From Lytechinus pictus (Eukaryota): a stretch of 64,000 nucleotides of DNA. Made by a program: the position numbers and the translations under genes. The DNA lies in assembly GCF_037042905.1 (NCBI RefSeq), contig NC_087251.1, forward strand, positions 24,306,001-24,370,000, given 5' to 3'. The notes beneath the pieces are model-generated. The model was given only the letters and a program-made list of their open reading frames with translations. It made no database searches and was not told the DNA's origin. Shown piece after piece: positions 39,579 through 53,540 of this stretch. Every line of letters begins with the position of its first letter. The first letter of the stretch is position 1.

Positions 39579-42500
39579 TCAGGTTATGGATGAAAGTTAT
39601 TTTAAGGTTGCCTCATTCAAATTATGAACATTAAACTAAACGAAAGATGTGCAATGATTTTTATGGTACTTTTTGTTAAATGTTATTTGGTAAAATCCTG
39701 CTTCTGAAAAAGAATATTGAATATTTTTGCTATCTTGCAAACATTTTTGCTTCAGTAAATAAAACTGTTGATACCACACTGAAACTAAATGGTGTGCATT
39801 TCTATTTCAATCATTTCAAAAGTGATTTAATTGAGTAACATAAGTGAACAATGCTAACGATTAACCTCCGTAACGTTGATATACAGTGCTTGAGTTAATC
39901 CGGTCAGTACTTCAAATTGACGCAACAGCGACATGCCCCTTTTCTGTTGCCACTTTCTCATACATGGTCCTTTCACAATATGTATCTTTCAACCCATTTT
40001 GTAGACTTCATTTTTACGATTTTTTCCCCCATCAATTGTAGCATTTTTCTGAGAATGACCCAGACATCGTTATTATGCTTGATGACCACAATCTTCCCAG
40101 TTTATAGGAAATCTAAGTCATACAGAACTCAAGTCTCAAAAGTCAAACCATATATTTTTTTAAATTGAAATACCTTTAATCATTTTGAACACAAGCTCAA
40201 GCCCAGCTTCTACACTTTATTTCAGACTGTAACTTTAATTGCAGTCTAATACGCCAACTGACATGTTCAATTTTTTTTCTATAAAGTTCTCTTTTAAAAC
40301 AAGTTTATTCTTGACTTCTTGCCTTGAGCTTGCCCACAAAGCAATGTGCGATTAATCAAAACAGATAGTATTGTAGGAATACAGTTTTTTTTAATATATA
40401 CTTGAACTGGGTGGTAGTCGGAGTGATTATTAGGTTATTAGGTCCTCTTGAAAGAAATGTAGACTACACTAGATAAGCGAACCCTTTTTGATTGAAATGA
40501 AGACTTAATTAAATGATGTTTTAAAGCATGTGGTTCAGATGAATTATTTACAGAATACAAATCTTACATGTAGTTTGGATCCCTAGATAGATACAGGGCA
40601 CAGTATTACAACAAAAATAAAATCTATTTTTGAAAAATCATTTTTTTACCATGTATATTATATTTTGAATGGCGCCACCAATATAATTGTAAATCTCGCT
40701 AACCAGAGAATTACCACAATTTGATTTTTTTCTTTATTTGCATCTATTGGAAAGAATATGCCAAAATCTGTGTACTAACAAAAATTGATTTCTCTATTTT
40801 ATCTATATGTTGAGATATAGCAGTTTTACATCTTGGAAATAACATTTTTGTTGTTATGAACTAGCAAAGAAGTTACAAATGGTTCACTCATGCAAAAGAA
40901 TTGAATGGCGAGTAGTCTTATGAAGTGATGAATTAATGGCTAATACAGTTTGGAAGACTACATGTATGCTCTCTTTTAATTTCATGTGCATCTCTTTATT
41001 ATTTCTTTGCTTAACAACTGTCAATTGATTTTATAAGATATCTCTTTTTTAATACTTGTGATTATAATTGATGTGGCATTCCAAACTATAATTATAATCA
41101 ATCCTGTGTGTGAACAATATACCGGGAAACATGTATTAAACTTGGCAATATATGTTGTAATACTGATTGTGTGGATATTCAAGAATGGTGCTATAAACTT
41201 GAACATCAGATAAAATTGCTTTGTATCATTACTTCCTATTTCACTTTATTTTTAATTCAATGGAGAATCAATGGAAGCTTATTCAGTATTTGTAATATAT
41301 TTATATTATAGAAAAATATATTCACTAACATTAGTACATGCATTTAAAGGGTTACTAGCACGCACAACAGGCAATATAGGAGTAGCTTCACACCTAACAT
41401 ATATAATCAATGTAGATAAAGAATGCAGATGTAGAGATATTCTTTGAAGAAAACTTATGGAAAAGCTAGTAAAGATATCCAAGAATGGGCAAGTCAAAGG
41501 TACACACACAAAATTTTTTGGTTCATTTGCCTTCAGTTGTACTCTCATATAGATTTATTCATTCGAAATTGAATAAAAACTCTTTGAGTTGATTATATTA
41601 ACATGATTAAGATGCACCCAGTGCTCTTAAAAATAAGTTCTATGCATGTGCTCAACTCCAACATATATGTGTGTGTATTGTTTCATGCTTTATATAGCCT
41701 ACTGTATACCATTTTTCTTTAATTCCTTTTTTTATTGAGAGCAGGTTTTGAATTATCATTATTTTATGAATTCTAGCTCAATAGTAAATATCACATCAGG
41801 TGGAAATCATATGAAGCAGTATTATCTCAGAAACAACATAAGAGGACAAAAAAAAATCAGTATTATCGTTGATTATCATTTTAGAAGAACACAATAAATT
41901 TCTGCATGTGAATTTTCAACACATATAACTGTTCATATAAATGGCCTGGGCCCAAGTATGTACACGTTGGCAAGCATTTGCAAAATAGACCAATCCTGAT
42001 CATTGTTGAATACACATGTAGTGAACAACAATACAAAGTATAAACCAATCAAAATGATTGTTCTTGAAGTCAATTGAAAACCTCCATAATACGGACCTTA
42101 AACCTTATCAAGTTTGATTCAAGGGTTTGAAAAAAGTAGAAAGCCCTTCCTAGTTTAACACTGCCATGTATAGGAAAGTAATTTAATATTATTTCCTAAT
42201 GTACATGTATTATTACACTCTGAAATAAAGGACTTGCCATACAGATATTATAGGCCAACCCCGAATGGTGTAAACAAGATATCAGAGAACTTTCCTAAAA
42301 AAGGGAGAAAATACAAGAATCTCTTGTAATAAATATGATTGTTGTAAATTGTCTTTAAAAATGATATGAAAACACTACCAAAGATTCATAAATTTGGACT
42401 GAAATGTTTATGGGAGATCAATTTTGGAGTCACTTTGTAATATTAGTGGGCTTCCTTTTTTATTTAAATTTGTAATTCGTTCAATTTTGGTCAATGTGAA

Positions 42501-44388
42501 GTAATCTAGACACATCAACATGTATGTGTTTTTTTCCTTCTGTAAAGTGACTTTAGAAAGTTGACAGATAATTGAATGCTTACTCTAAATGTGACCTCCC
42601 ATTATGTTGACATTGAATATCATTGAATTAATATGTTTGCTCAATAAGTTGGAATGTGTGGCATTATTGTATATAGGCCTACGAAAGAGAGAATCATTTT
42701 ATTGTATAAATAAAATATAATATATAGATTTGACTGAAAGGTGTGCCTGTGAATTTGTAATAAACTTGATTACTTTAACATATCTCTTTTAAATCAATAT
42801 TCTTTAAAATAAGATTTTCTTTGAGGTGTGTGGTGGGGGTGGGGAATCAATTCATACCAACACATGATGCTATCAATGATTTTATTCAAAGAGCATACTT
42901 ACGGTACTTCCAATATTAATTGGAAAAAGAGGGAAGATAAAGTACATGCTATATGTTTGAGAGGAGAATATAGAATGATAAAGCAGCAATTAATGATTTG
43001 CATAACAGGTACTAGTAGATGAGGATTGTGGAAAGATTGGAAGGTGAGGTGGAAAGAGTGAAGGGTTAATTGTGAAGAAAAAGATAAGTGAAAGATTGAT
43101 ATGCATGCAGTGACAGGAAAATACGAGAGAGAGGTGGGGGGGGGGGGCTGTATGTTTATGAGACTGCTAATGCTGCTTTTCAGACTACCATCATTTTCCT
43201 TAAGACCCCAACAATTTCCAGGGTCAAGCTTATAGCCCATTTATAGACAATTTATATGGTACTATCTGGCCCTGAGCGGATCCAGGATTTTCCAAAGCGG
43301 GGGGGGGGGGGGGGTACATTTTCCCTGAGAAAACAAGAGAAGATTTTCTCCCAATTTTAAGGTCATTTCGTGCTCGGAAAATTTGACAAGCAAAAAAAAA
43401 AAGCTCCTTGATTTCAAAATGGAGGGGTACACTTGTGTTAGAACGGCATATTTACATTACAAATTTTGATATGTCCCCTCCCTGGATATATGCCAGTGTC
43501 AGAAGTCAAATTTCATGATAACAAGTGCTGTGTGTTAAAATCATCAATATTCATGAGCTATTCAACTTTCCGGGGATAAGGTGTATACTCCAGCTAGGCA
43601 AATAGTATGAAGTTAAGACAGTACAAACCCACACTCAACCCCCCCCCCAAAAAAAAAAAAGTTATGGGGTTATTGAGAGTTAGCCATGTAGTCTGAAAAC
43701 ATATACTACCATTGTCAGGGTGAGTTGCTATAAAATATCATCAGGCCATCATACTCTGCCAAGAGGGGAGGGGGGGGGTGGGTTAATGAATGAGGAGTAG
43801 TGTCCTATCAATTATGTACACAAGCATGGAAATCTGCCCCTCTGATCAGGGTGAGGGCGTAAAATGATGAATTAAAGATGGTTGGCAGTGACTGGTCTGA
43901 CCTACTTGGCCGTCTTCATGGGTAGGAGAGGATAGTGGCCATAATGATGTTAATTTTCATGCACCATTTCACTCCATCAATCAATCCAATCTAATATCAT
44001 TATGCGCTGTCTTCCTACCTTAATGGAACTATTTCACTTCTTTCCTTCCCCTATCTCCATCCTCATCCAGTCTGTCCATATTACCTCCTACCACACTCTG
44101 GCCTCTTTACCACCTCTCCGTCTGGTAATTTTCCTCTTTGCTCTCCTTTTTTTTCACAGCCATTAATACTCTACATCTCCACACCATCTCTTGGCATATT
44201 GTATAAATCATCTGCATCCCTTTTCCTCTCTCTTTTCATCCTTTTCTCCATTCACCACTCTCCATCTTTGATGATCTTCCTTTCATTCCTTCCCTCTTTC
44301 TAGTGTCGATTCCCCAACCCCTTGGTCTCCCTCCACCTCTCTTACTTCATTCCATCATTCTTATCTTCAACCACACCACTGTCCTTAA

Positions 44389-44973
44389 AGGAGAATGAAA
44401 CTCTTGGAGCAAGTTAGCTTTTGTGAATGTAGAAAAATCAAAGAATAAGATCAACAAAAGTTTGAGTAAAATAGGACTAGCAATAGAAGAGTTATGAGCA
44501 TTTAAATGTCGAGATCACTAATGCTATGGAGATCCTCCCATTGGCAATGCGACCAAGATCTATGATGTCACAGATGAACAACTCTCCCCTTTTGGACACT
44601 GAAAATATACCCCAAAACATCTCTTTTTGCTCATTCTAATCATATGACAAAATGATTAATCAATGATATAATGTTGTGAAACCTCTGTACTTGTCCTCTC
44701 ATAAAGAGAACACCTCACCTTGTGATAGACTCTATAAAAGTGAGAATATAAGTGAAATAAGTACTAAAGTAATGAGGGAGTTGTACGTGTGTGACATCAC
44801 AGATCTTGGTCGCATTGCCAATGGGAGGATCTACATGGCATTAGTGATCTCAATATTCAAATGCTCATAACTTTCTTATTATTCATTCAATCTTCCTCAA
44901 ACTTTCAACAATATGTTTCTTTGATTTTTCTCTTTGATATGGATTCAGCTGGTTTCAAGGGTTTCATTCTCCT
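44389..44973. mobile_element. Kolobok-type MITE (TTAA TSD, AGG...CCT ends)
   Basis: TTAA|AGGAGAATGAAA ... TTTCATTCTCCT|TTAA. Long imperfect inverted arms, including GAGATCACTAATGC...GATGTCACA (44511-44572) versus 44789-44851. RR..YY termini with a TTAA TSD fit Kolobok rather than piggyBac. Confidence 0.85.
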
Positions 44974-45244
44974 TTAAGCTTCATCAGTATTCTTATCTCT
45001 CTCTCTTTTTCTCTCTCAATCTATCTCTGTCTCCCTTACAGTCTCATGTTGAAACGTTTTACATATTATATTGCCCATGGCTAGGCCTTCACCTTCATTC
45101 AGTGACAAAAAGGGATGTAATAAAGCAAAGATCACACTCTGATAAATGTTACAATAATCACTGGAGATTGCAAGATTGCAATACAATCATATACATATAT
45201 TATCATATTAAAAAGAAAATTTGACGATAATGAAAATCCATTAA

Positions 45245-47179
45245 AACAAGTGGAGTGCCTCTGGCAGTCTCACCTGCATCAGGTGATTCAATATAGCAGC
45301 AGTGCTAACTTTGAAAACTACTTTAAAATAATTATTCACAAAAAACACCATTTATATAATGATACAATACTACGTTAATTGACAATAAATGACATTTGAC
45401 CTTGATTATGCGACCCAAGACTTGTCAGTGATACTTGATTACCCCTATATCCACATTTTATACACTATATCTAAAAAAACTTTAAATGTTATGACAGCAA
45501 TCTAATAATTACCTCAAAAATGGCCAAAGTTCAATGACCTTAAATGACCTTTGACTTTGGTCATGTGACCTGAAACTGGCATGAGATGTTAAGTGATACT
45601 TGATTACTCTTATGTCCAAGTTTTATAAACTAGATCCATACACTTTCAGAGTTATGATGGTTATTCAACACATACCCCCAACATGGCCAAAGTCTATTGA
45701 CCTTTGACCTTGATCATGTGACCTTAAATGACCTTTGATCTTGATCATGTGACCTGAAACTCGCACAGCATGTTCAGTGATACTTGATTACTCTTATGTC
45801 CAAGTTTTATAAACTAGATCCATACACTTTCAGAGTTATGATGGTTATTCAACACATACCCCCAACATGGCCAAAGTCTATTGACCTTTGACCTTGACCA
45901 TGTGACCTGAAACTCGCACAGGATGTTCAGTGATACGATCACTCTTATGTCCAATTTTTATGAACTAGACCAATAAACCTTCAAAGTTATGATGGTAATT
46001 CAACAAATACCCCCAACTTGGCCAAAGTTCATTGACCTTAAATGACCTTTGATCTTGATCATGTGACCTGAAACTCGCACAGCATGTTCAGTGATACTTG
46101 ATTACTCTTATGTCCAAGTTTCATGAATCAGATCCATAAACTTTCAAAGTTATGATAGTAATTCAACAGATACCCCCAACTTGGCCAAAGTTCATTGACC
46201 TTAAATGACCTTTGACCTTAGTCATGTGACTTGAAACCCGGGGGGGGGGGGGCACTTCCATTGACGAGTGGATACCATGCCCGACCATGGGGTGTTGAAA
46301 AGAACCCTAAACACATATTTTTCATATTCTGAAAATGCACCCTTTAACAAGTATTGGCGTGTGAAACCCTACCCTTAACAAGTATTGGAAACAAAACGAT
46401 ACTGTATTCCCTGAATTGAACCCCTAAACAAGTACAGCGATATTTCAATTGTTATGTCACGGACGACGTTGGTCGTTGGTTTTACCTTTACCTACATCAT
46501 TGGGTTTAGTACAGCCCCACCTTCCCACACATCGCGCAAATCGTACTCTAAACAAGTAATGTTGACTCTTGGGGCAAAAAGTATATCCTTTATTAAACAT
46601 TTTAGTCTTAATTTTTTATACCCTCGTGAATTTGACCCTTCTAGCGAAAATAGATACCCTTTTTTCATTATTCAAGTGTTTTTGACACCCTTATTATGTT
46701 ACATACGTAATGTGCCCTATCTTGAAAAAGACATCCTTTTTACGTGTTTTTTTGGTCGCGCATAGTATCCACTCGTCAATATCAGTTGCCCCCCGGGCTT
46801 GAAACTCATGCAGGATGTTCAGTAATACTTGATTAACCTTATGTCCAAGTTTCATGAACTAGGTTTATATATTTTCTAAGTTATGATTAAATTTCAAAAA
46901 CTTAACCTTAGGTTAAGATTTTTATGTTGACTCCCCCAACATGGTCTAAGTTCATTGACCCTAAATGACCTTTGACTTTGGTCATGTGACCTAAAACTCA
47001 GGCAGGGTGTTTAGTAATACATGATTAACCTTATGTCTAAGTTTCATGAACTAGGTCCATGTACTTTCTAAGTCATGCTGTCCTTTAAAAAACTTAACCT
47101 TTGGTTAAGATTTGGTGTTGACGCCGCCGCCGTCGGAAAAGCGGCGCCTATAGTCTCACTCTGCTATGCAGGTGAGACA
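45245..47179 (-). mobile_element. Helentron-associated non-autonomous element (HINE; Tsp/pearl/DINE-1-like) with internal ~150-190-bp tandem repeats
   Basis: Subterminal IRs GTCTCACCTGCAT (45267-45279) and ATGCAGGTGAGAC (47166-47178). Partner partial IR GTCTCACTCTGC (47153-47164) with an adjacent (GCC)n microsatellite. Small TGCC-TCT-GGCA hairpin and CTTGTTTT end on the minus strand. TGACCTTTGACCTT-rich core units at 45566, 45750, 45903, 46064, 46227 and 46987. Confidence 0.75.
46237..46797. mobile_element. MITE with CCCGGG termini inserted in a HINE core repeat
   Basis: TIRs CCCGGGGG..GCACTTCCATTGACGAGTGGATACCATG / CATAGTATCCACTCGTCAAT..GTTGCCCCCCGGG. Flanking duplication CTTGAAA(C) at 46230 and 46798 (7-8 bp). 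The host unit resumes exactly after it. Confidence 0.85.
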
Positions 47180-50100
47180 GCGATGAATTGTTTCATGCCA
47201 TGATGTAATGTATTTTACTTCATAATTTTGTCAAGGGATTCTTCCCTTACAAATATGGTTTAAAAGGTCAATAACCATTTCATGAATGAGTGATCAAATA
47301 ATGAAGGCTACTCTTGAAATCATTATAGTGCCAAAAGCATTTTGCCATGAATGAAACACAAATAACCCAGCAGGGGATGTTGACAGCGTCATTGTAGGAT
47401 TATTAAAAAAGAGATAAAATGTAACTGAGAGAAAAGAATATACATAAAAGATAGATAGGCAAATGGGCTTACTCAGATTCTGTAAAAGAGTGATACACAG
47501 AGAAAGAGAGCAATGTACAGAGAGCATGGCCCTGGGAAGCACGAGTGCTGAAACACCCCTGAAGATTTACCTGGGGGTGCTGCATCAGACAGCACCACAT
47601 GGAAATCTGGTAGGTATGCTAAATAGCAGAAATTTAACAAAAATCACCTTCTTTTAATAGCTTGTGAATCCTGGACCAAAATCAGCTTCAGTGAAAACCT
47701 CTTTTTTCAAATTTTTGTCAAATAAAAAAATGTTCCAAGGGCCCTGAGAAACAGGGATATAGAAAAAAAAGATAGGAAAATAAGAAGTAGGAAAGTGGAA
47801 AAGAAGGGAAAGAGAAGGACAGGGAGAATGAGCAGATGATGTAGGGAAATGACTATAGATTAAGGCATGCAATGAGGAAAGCATACATGATTGAAGAGAC
47901 AATAGCAAAATTTGTATAAAAGAAGAAAGAGTGAAAGAGAGGGAAATGAGGGAGGCGACTGTAGGAGAAAGAGGGGAGGAAGGGAGGGAGAAACAGGGAG
48001 GGAGGGGGAGAGACGGGGGAAGAAGGAAAGCACTACAGACAGACAAACAAATGATCAGGTCCAGGTCTTCTACTTTGAAGGTCCTTAGGCGATATCTTTC
48101 AATCAAGACTGCTAATTGAAATGTCAACATTTATGACTTCAGACTCATCCAGTTCTAACATCAATCATCTTCCATATCCTCTCATGTTCAGAAAGGCCTG
48201 ACTATGAAGATATCCAGGAGGGGGTTGGGGGTGGGCAAACGTATGCTCAGAAAACTGTGTGTGATGGTGTGGGAGGGGAAGGGACAAATGTCTCCCCCTC
48301 CCTCTCTATTTTTTGTCATGGATGATTTGCCATTTTGCCCCCCCCCCCCCCGTCCCCAATATCTAAGTGGGGCCAACACGTTGTAACACAATTCCAGTAT
48401 TCTCAATAGCTACATACGGTATGTTCGCCAGTTGGAGGTGCATAACAGGTTTATTAAAGCCTGTCTAACATTTTTTTTATCTATATATTCAATATCATAA
48501 TGAAAATAATGCTATTCAACCATTCAGATCTGACATAAATTTTCTTGACTGTTATAATTTTTCATGGACTGATATTTCATTAAATTTAATGTTGATTAGT
48601 AAATCAGATTTGGCACTTAGTAATATTGAGATTTGTTTGGTAATAAGCCAATATAATAAGAAATTAAGTAACTTAACTGATAGAGGGCACTATGTTGCTG
48701 AACTCAAATTTCCATGAAAAAAGGTAATCAACAGATATGCAAGAACAATAACTATTCATTTATAAAATTAAAATGTTAGAATACATAATATTTGATTTAC
48801 AATCCTGACAACATATTACAAATATAATCTGTTGTTGTAATCATTTAACTTGCACGGATCCTGTATATTGGTCATTTATCAAGGACGAATATGAAATTAA
48901 AATGACTCTCCAGGTATCTGAAAAATTGAGAAACGCAAAGAGTATATAACAAATACCAAGGAAGATTTCAATGTTCTTTTTTTTAAAGACTGAAATATCA
49001 TAATTGTGCTTAAATCTTACTCTCATGGAGCAGAGGATTTAAAACAGACACTTTTTATTAAAAATATATGCAATCGAGGATGCATTTGAAAAAGAGGAAT
49101 TCATATTAAGAATTTGGAAATATACATCACATCAGAACATGAAAATGCAGGTTGTCATTATTATCTATACAAGAGTCTGATTGTACATTGTTTTTTTTTG
49201 CTTTTCTTACAATAAATTCATTATGGGGTTTTATGATCCAAACTCAATTTTGCATATCAAATACAATGAAATTCAGATTTTTAAGATATTTGAAAATAAA
49301 GGAATGTTTATGAAATTAAAATGTCAATAGAGCAAAAAAAAAAGAAGAAGAAGAAAAAAGAAGCATTTAAACTTAATATAAAGTACCCCATACCAAACCC
49401 CAAAGTATGGAGGGGAAATAGAGAATAACGAGCCACTTCAAGTAAAAAGAGGATATAAGAAAGAGAGAGAGAGAGCAAGAGAGATGGAGTATAGGAGAGA
49501 GAGAATAAACATAGAAGAAACATAGTGAGAACTGTAGGAAATTAAATAAATAGGAAGCAAAATTGCTAAATATTTCCATATAGTGAATGCATCTCTACAC
49601 CATAGCGGTCACTTTGATCTGCCAATGATTTCTTGTTATGCCTTTTGCAGAAAATGGCTCCCGCACTCGTCGTCGGCCGATAAGAGAGCATTTAATCTCT
49701 TGACGATATTGAATATTATATTGACTTGATTCTGTGTATGATTGCCGTGGTGATGGCGGGCAGAGTTGGCTGGTTAATGGGGTAAGTAAGTGTGGATCAG
49801 CGGTATCCTTTGTGACACCGATTCGACAACGACAAGGTGACTGGTGAGATATGAATGGAATACATCCAGGGGAAGTTCTAATGGCTGCCTTGCAGGCTTG
49901 TTGCTTGCAGGGGAGTGACAAATGTAACACAGGAAACATTAGTAACATGCAAATGGAGTTGGAGAGACACGGGGAAAAAGACACTACAAACAGACAGAAA
50001 GATAGAAAACGGGATATATTCCATGGAAAGGGGCACATAAGAAATTGATGTTTCAGAGGTTTTCTGCGTCAAACTCAATTTCGAATTAAACTCGTTAATC

Positions 50101-53100
50101 GTTATCATAAAATTAAATCTTACAGTACCTCAAAACATGACAACAAAGTGTTTGTACGGATGAATGCATATCAAAAGCCAACTCTTTGTGGAAAAAAAAA
50201 TTGCTTAGTAATAAACAAATTAAAAGTATGATTTACTGTCTAGTAGATGGGTCTCCCTCTATCAAAGCTGTAATTGATACATGCCTGCATGTGCTTATCT
50301 GTGTTGCCAATTTTGATGTATTTGGTTTTTAAGTATGCCAAAAGTCTGATTTATATCCATGATTATGTTAAAACATTTTTCTATTTAATCAATATATTTT
50401 CACTTACAGATTATTGCTCACTGGGGAGACTGGGGAGAGGAGAAATTTCATAGAGAGAAAGAGAGAAAGAAGGTGAGAGGATGAAATGGGAGAGAAGAGA
50501 GGGGGAGAAAGATAGAGAGATGAAATGAGAGAGGTAACAAGAATAAAGGGAGAATTTGAAAATAGGAAATAAAAAGAAGAGAGGTGTGTAAAAAACATAT
50601 AATACATCATTGTAACAGAAATATTTATCGGAAAATTTATAAAGGGGATGACAGTAAGAGACAAAACATACAAAATAAAGTAAGAGAAATTGTGGCTAAT
50701 TAAGGATGCTTGATGCTTCTTCTTATATCAATGACTGTGCAAAGTTCCGACATTTACTATGATAAAGCGACCCACTCATGTGCCATTATTGAGACCAAAG
50801 CATAGAATGAGAACCGTCTCATATAACTGTAAATTATTCCTCTCAGAAAACAAATTAATCACTTTTTATCCCCTCTCACCCTTACCATATCTTAGCAATT
50901 AGTGCTGGCAACAGGACCGGTCTTTGAAATGCTTAATTGGGTCTGTCTATGATTTACGAGGGCATTAGTATCACCGTAGCAGGAAATTGAAACCAAACCA
51001 GCTAGGGACTTGAACACTATTATTGGCATCAGAATGAAATACCCAAATGAGCTTTTTTTACATGTACTGGTAACAAGCACCCAATGGTATTCTAATGTTA
51101 GGAAGGCCTATCACAAGCCCTTTATACATAACATAAGAGTCGAGAATTAACATAGGCCTAAAGAACTACTGTTAAATGGTTCAGGTAATTATTTTATTAT
51201 CAATCATTTACAAGATAATACTCCTTCATCATAACTATCTTCCCATTTTCAATATGATCATGATAAAGAATATGTTATCTAAGGTATGCTTAGACATTGT
51301 TGGGCATGGAAGTATCATGTACATAGTACATTGATGCAATTATAATGGTATGGAATTAATAAATGGCATGTAACGTTAGTATGACTTACTTGAACTGGTG
51401 TTATGAAAGTGGAATCATCGTTAGATGTGAACACATCAGTCAGACAGGTAGAGTGGTAGGGATCAACTGAAAACATCTTTAACCTCCAAGAGCAAACTGA
51501 AGAAAAGCGTGAAAGGAAAAGCAAGAGTTAAGTGTATCAATGTAATAAGCAAAACCTAAAAATTTCTTCATTTTCTTACTCTACATACAGTTTCAATATT
51601 ATGCTTGTTTGGCTTGTCTCTATTTATTTAATTTTAGATTTTGTTGGAGTGTGCATACTTTAAATGATACATTAGCTGGGTATGTGAGGGAGGGAGAGAG
51701 AGAGACAGACAGAATCTGAGGGAGGGGGACAATATCTTGCAGAAGTTTTCCACAGAATAAGACACTTTGGTTGCTAGGTGAAAGTATACCCATATCATCC
51801 ATCACGATTTGGATGACGAACTCACTTTCTATCCCCAGGTAAAGCTCTAACACTAAATCAATAGCAATCTAATGAAACCTAATTAAGCTAATGCCAAGCT
51901 ATATGACAGGGAGAGGGGGAGACAGAGGGAAGGAGAGAAAGAGAGAAGAGAAGAGAAAAGGATAAAGTAGAGGGGAGACTGAGAAATAATAATAATACAA
52001 ATACCCTATGTAACTATTGGTTTATGCATGATTAATCATCTAGTGCAGATATTTCTTTACTCACATCATATTCTGGGATTACCTTCGTTATGCTCAGTCA
52101 ACCTATTTCAGTGATCCCAAGCCTTCTTTTTTTTATTGTTCATTTTGATTTTAAGTCAAATGTATATAAAAATAAATGAAATTATATTAAAATGAGAATA
52201 AATCATCATAAATGCACTAATTCAGTTATTCAAAATGTTTGGATTACGGGCAAAATTAAAGAAAATTCAACAATAGATGGCAGCAAGTATGAAGCAAACG
52301 TGGAAACCCCCGCATCTTCTTCAATTACAGAAAGAGGCATGAAAATTTACAGAGAACAGCTTGCCACCTAATGCTAATGTTGACAATATTGCTTAATTAT
52401 GCAAACTTTGCTTTTAACATCATATCACCATTTTCCCATCCATCCCAGCAATTATGTTAATGGGTATGTTTGTTCTCCACGGGGGCAAGACACATTTATT
52501 CATTGATTGAACAAACAGACATTTCAACCAATCATGTATGCAAATTAGCATGAAAATAGCCAGTCAAATTATTCCACTGATCAATACACTCCAAAGCGTC
52601 TCTGAATCAGAGGGCATTCAATAATTTGTCTGTTTGCATAACGGATAGAAAATGCAACCTACGGCATACTAACAGTGTGTAGATGGACATTTCTTTAAGC
52701 ATCTTTCTTTTTCTTTCCCTCTTAGGAATATGAGTACAAGACAATCAATAATTTCAAATAAAATATGCATAATATTAATATATTATAAAAAGAAAAACCA
52801 GAATAGAGATGATTATAGAAAAGAACTGACCAGGAAAGCAGAGCTGCTAGTATCATAACTAACAAGTGAAAAGACAATATGGATTATGGAGCTACCATCA
52901 TTAAGTCTGTTCATTGAAAAAAAAAATAATCACAAATTTAAGAACTCTCAATGATAGCTTGTAGGTATGGTAAGGTAGCATCAAAGAGAATTTTAATCTT
53001 TAAGTTAAAAATGTTACAGTACACATGGTATATGTAATTTACATTGTTTCTAAAAAGAAAAGCAGTAATAGTGAACAAGGCTGTGTCCATGCTGGTAAAG

Positions 53101-53168
53101 ATGTGGGATGATGTCACAAGGAGTGACAAGTTTCTATTTCATATTTCATCAGGTGAATTGATTTTTTT

Positions 53169-53540
53169 GGACTCCATACTAATCTCCAAACTTTGTTTGG
53201 GTTCTCACTGAATGTGTAAATCATGCTACATGAAATTCATTTTCATAACAAGGAGATAATCTTTATGGACATCCAGTAAAAAAAATTATATTCATATTAA
53301 TGAAATACACACAAAAAAAACATAAGTCAGTTTGTTTATGACACAGATGTTCAATGAATTCACAATCATGGTTTGACAAAATAATGAGATATAAAAATGC
53401 TAACAAAATATAATTTATAGTTGTATTATTTTCTATTTGATTTTCAAGAAATTTTAATGTTTTTTTCTTAGTTTTGTATACTTTACTTATTAAACTCTTA
53501 TTCTAATAAACTTGATTTCAGCATGGAGTACCCCCTTTAA
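53169..53540. mobile_element. Decayed TTAA-type (Kolobok-like) MITE
   Basis: Right end GCATGGAGTACCCCCTTTAA; left remnant GGACTCCATAC. Right half resembles the 38180-38404 fragment. Confidence 0.4.

Larger units (their letters stand above)
36303..40061. mobile_element. Unclassified non-autonomous DNA transposon with 28-bp TIRs, GGG/CCC termini and 5-bp TSD
   Basis: Left end GGGTCATTCTCAAAAAAATGTTACAATT versus right end (revcomp) GGGTCATTCTCAGAAAAATGCTACAATT, 2 mismatches. AGACA at 36298-36302 and 40062-40066. Nine internal TTAACHTCCGTAAC motifs. Confidence 0.8.

Noticed and set aside
40062..42770. Extended CHAC1 3'UTR ending at AATAAA signals near 42710-42765
   Set aside because: Plausible AT-rich UTR-like sequence, but AATAAA is frequent here and the transcript end cannot be fixed without RNA data.
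44389..44973. piggyBac assignment for TTAA-flanked MITEs
   Set aside because: Termini are AGG...CCT (purine start), not the CC(C/T)...GG typical of piggyBac. Kolobok-like fits better.
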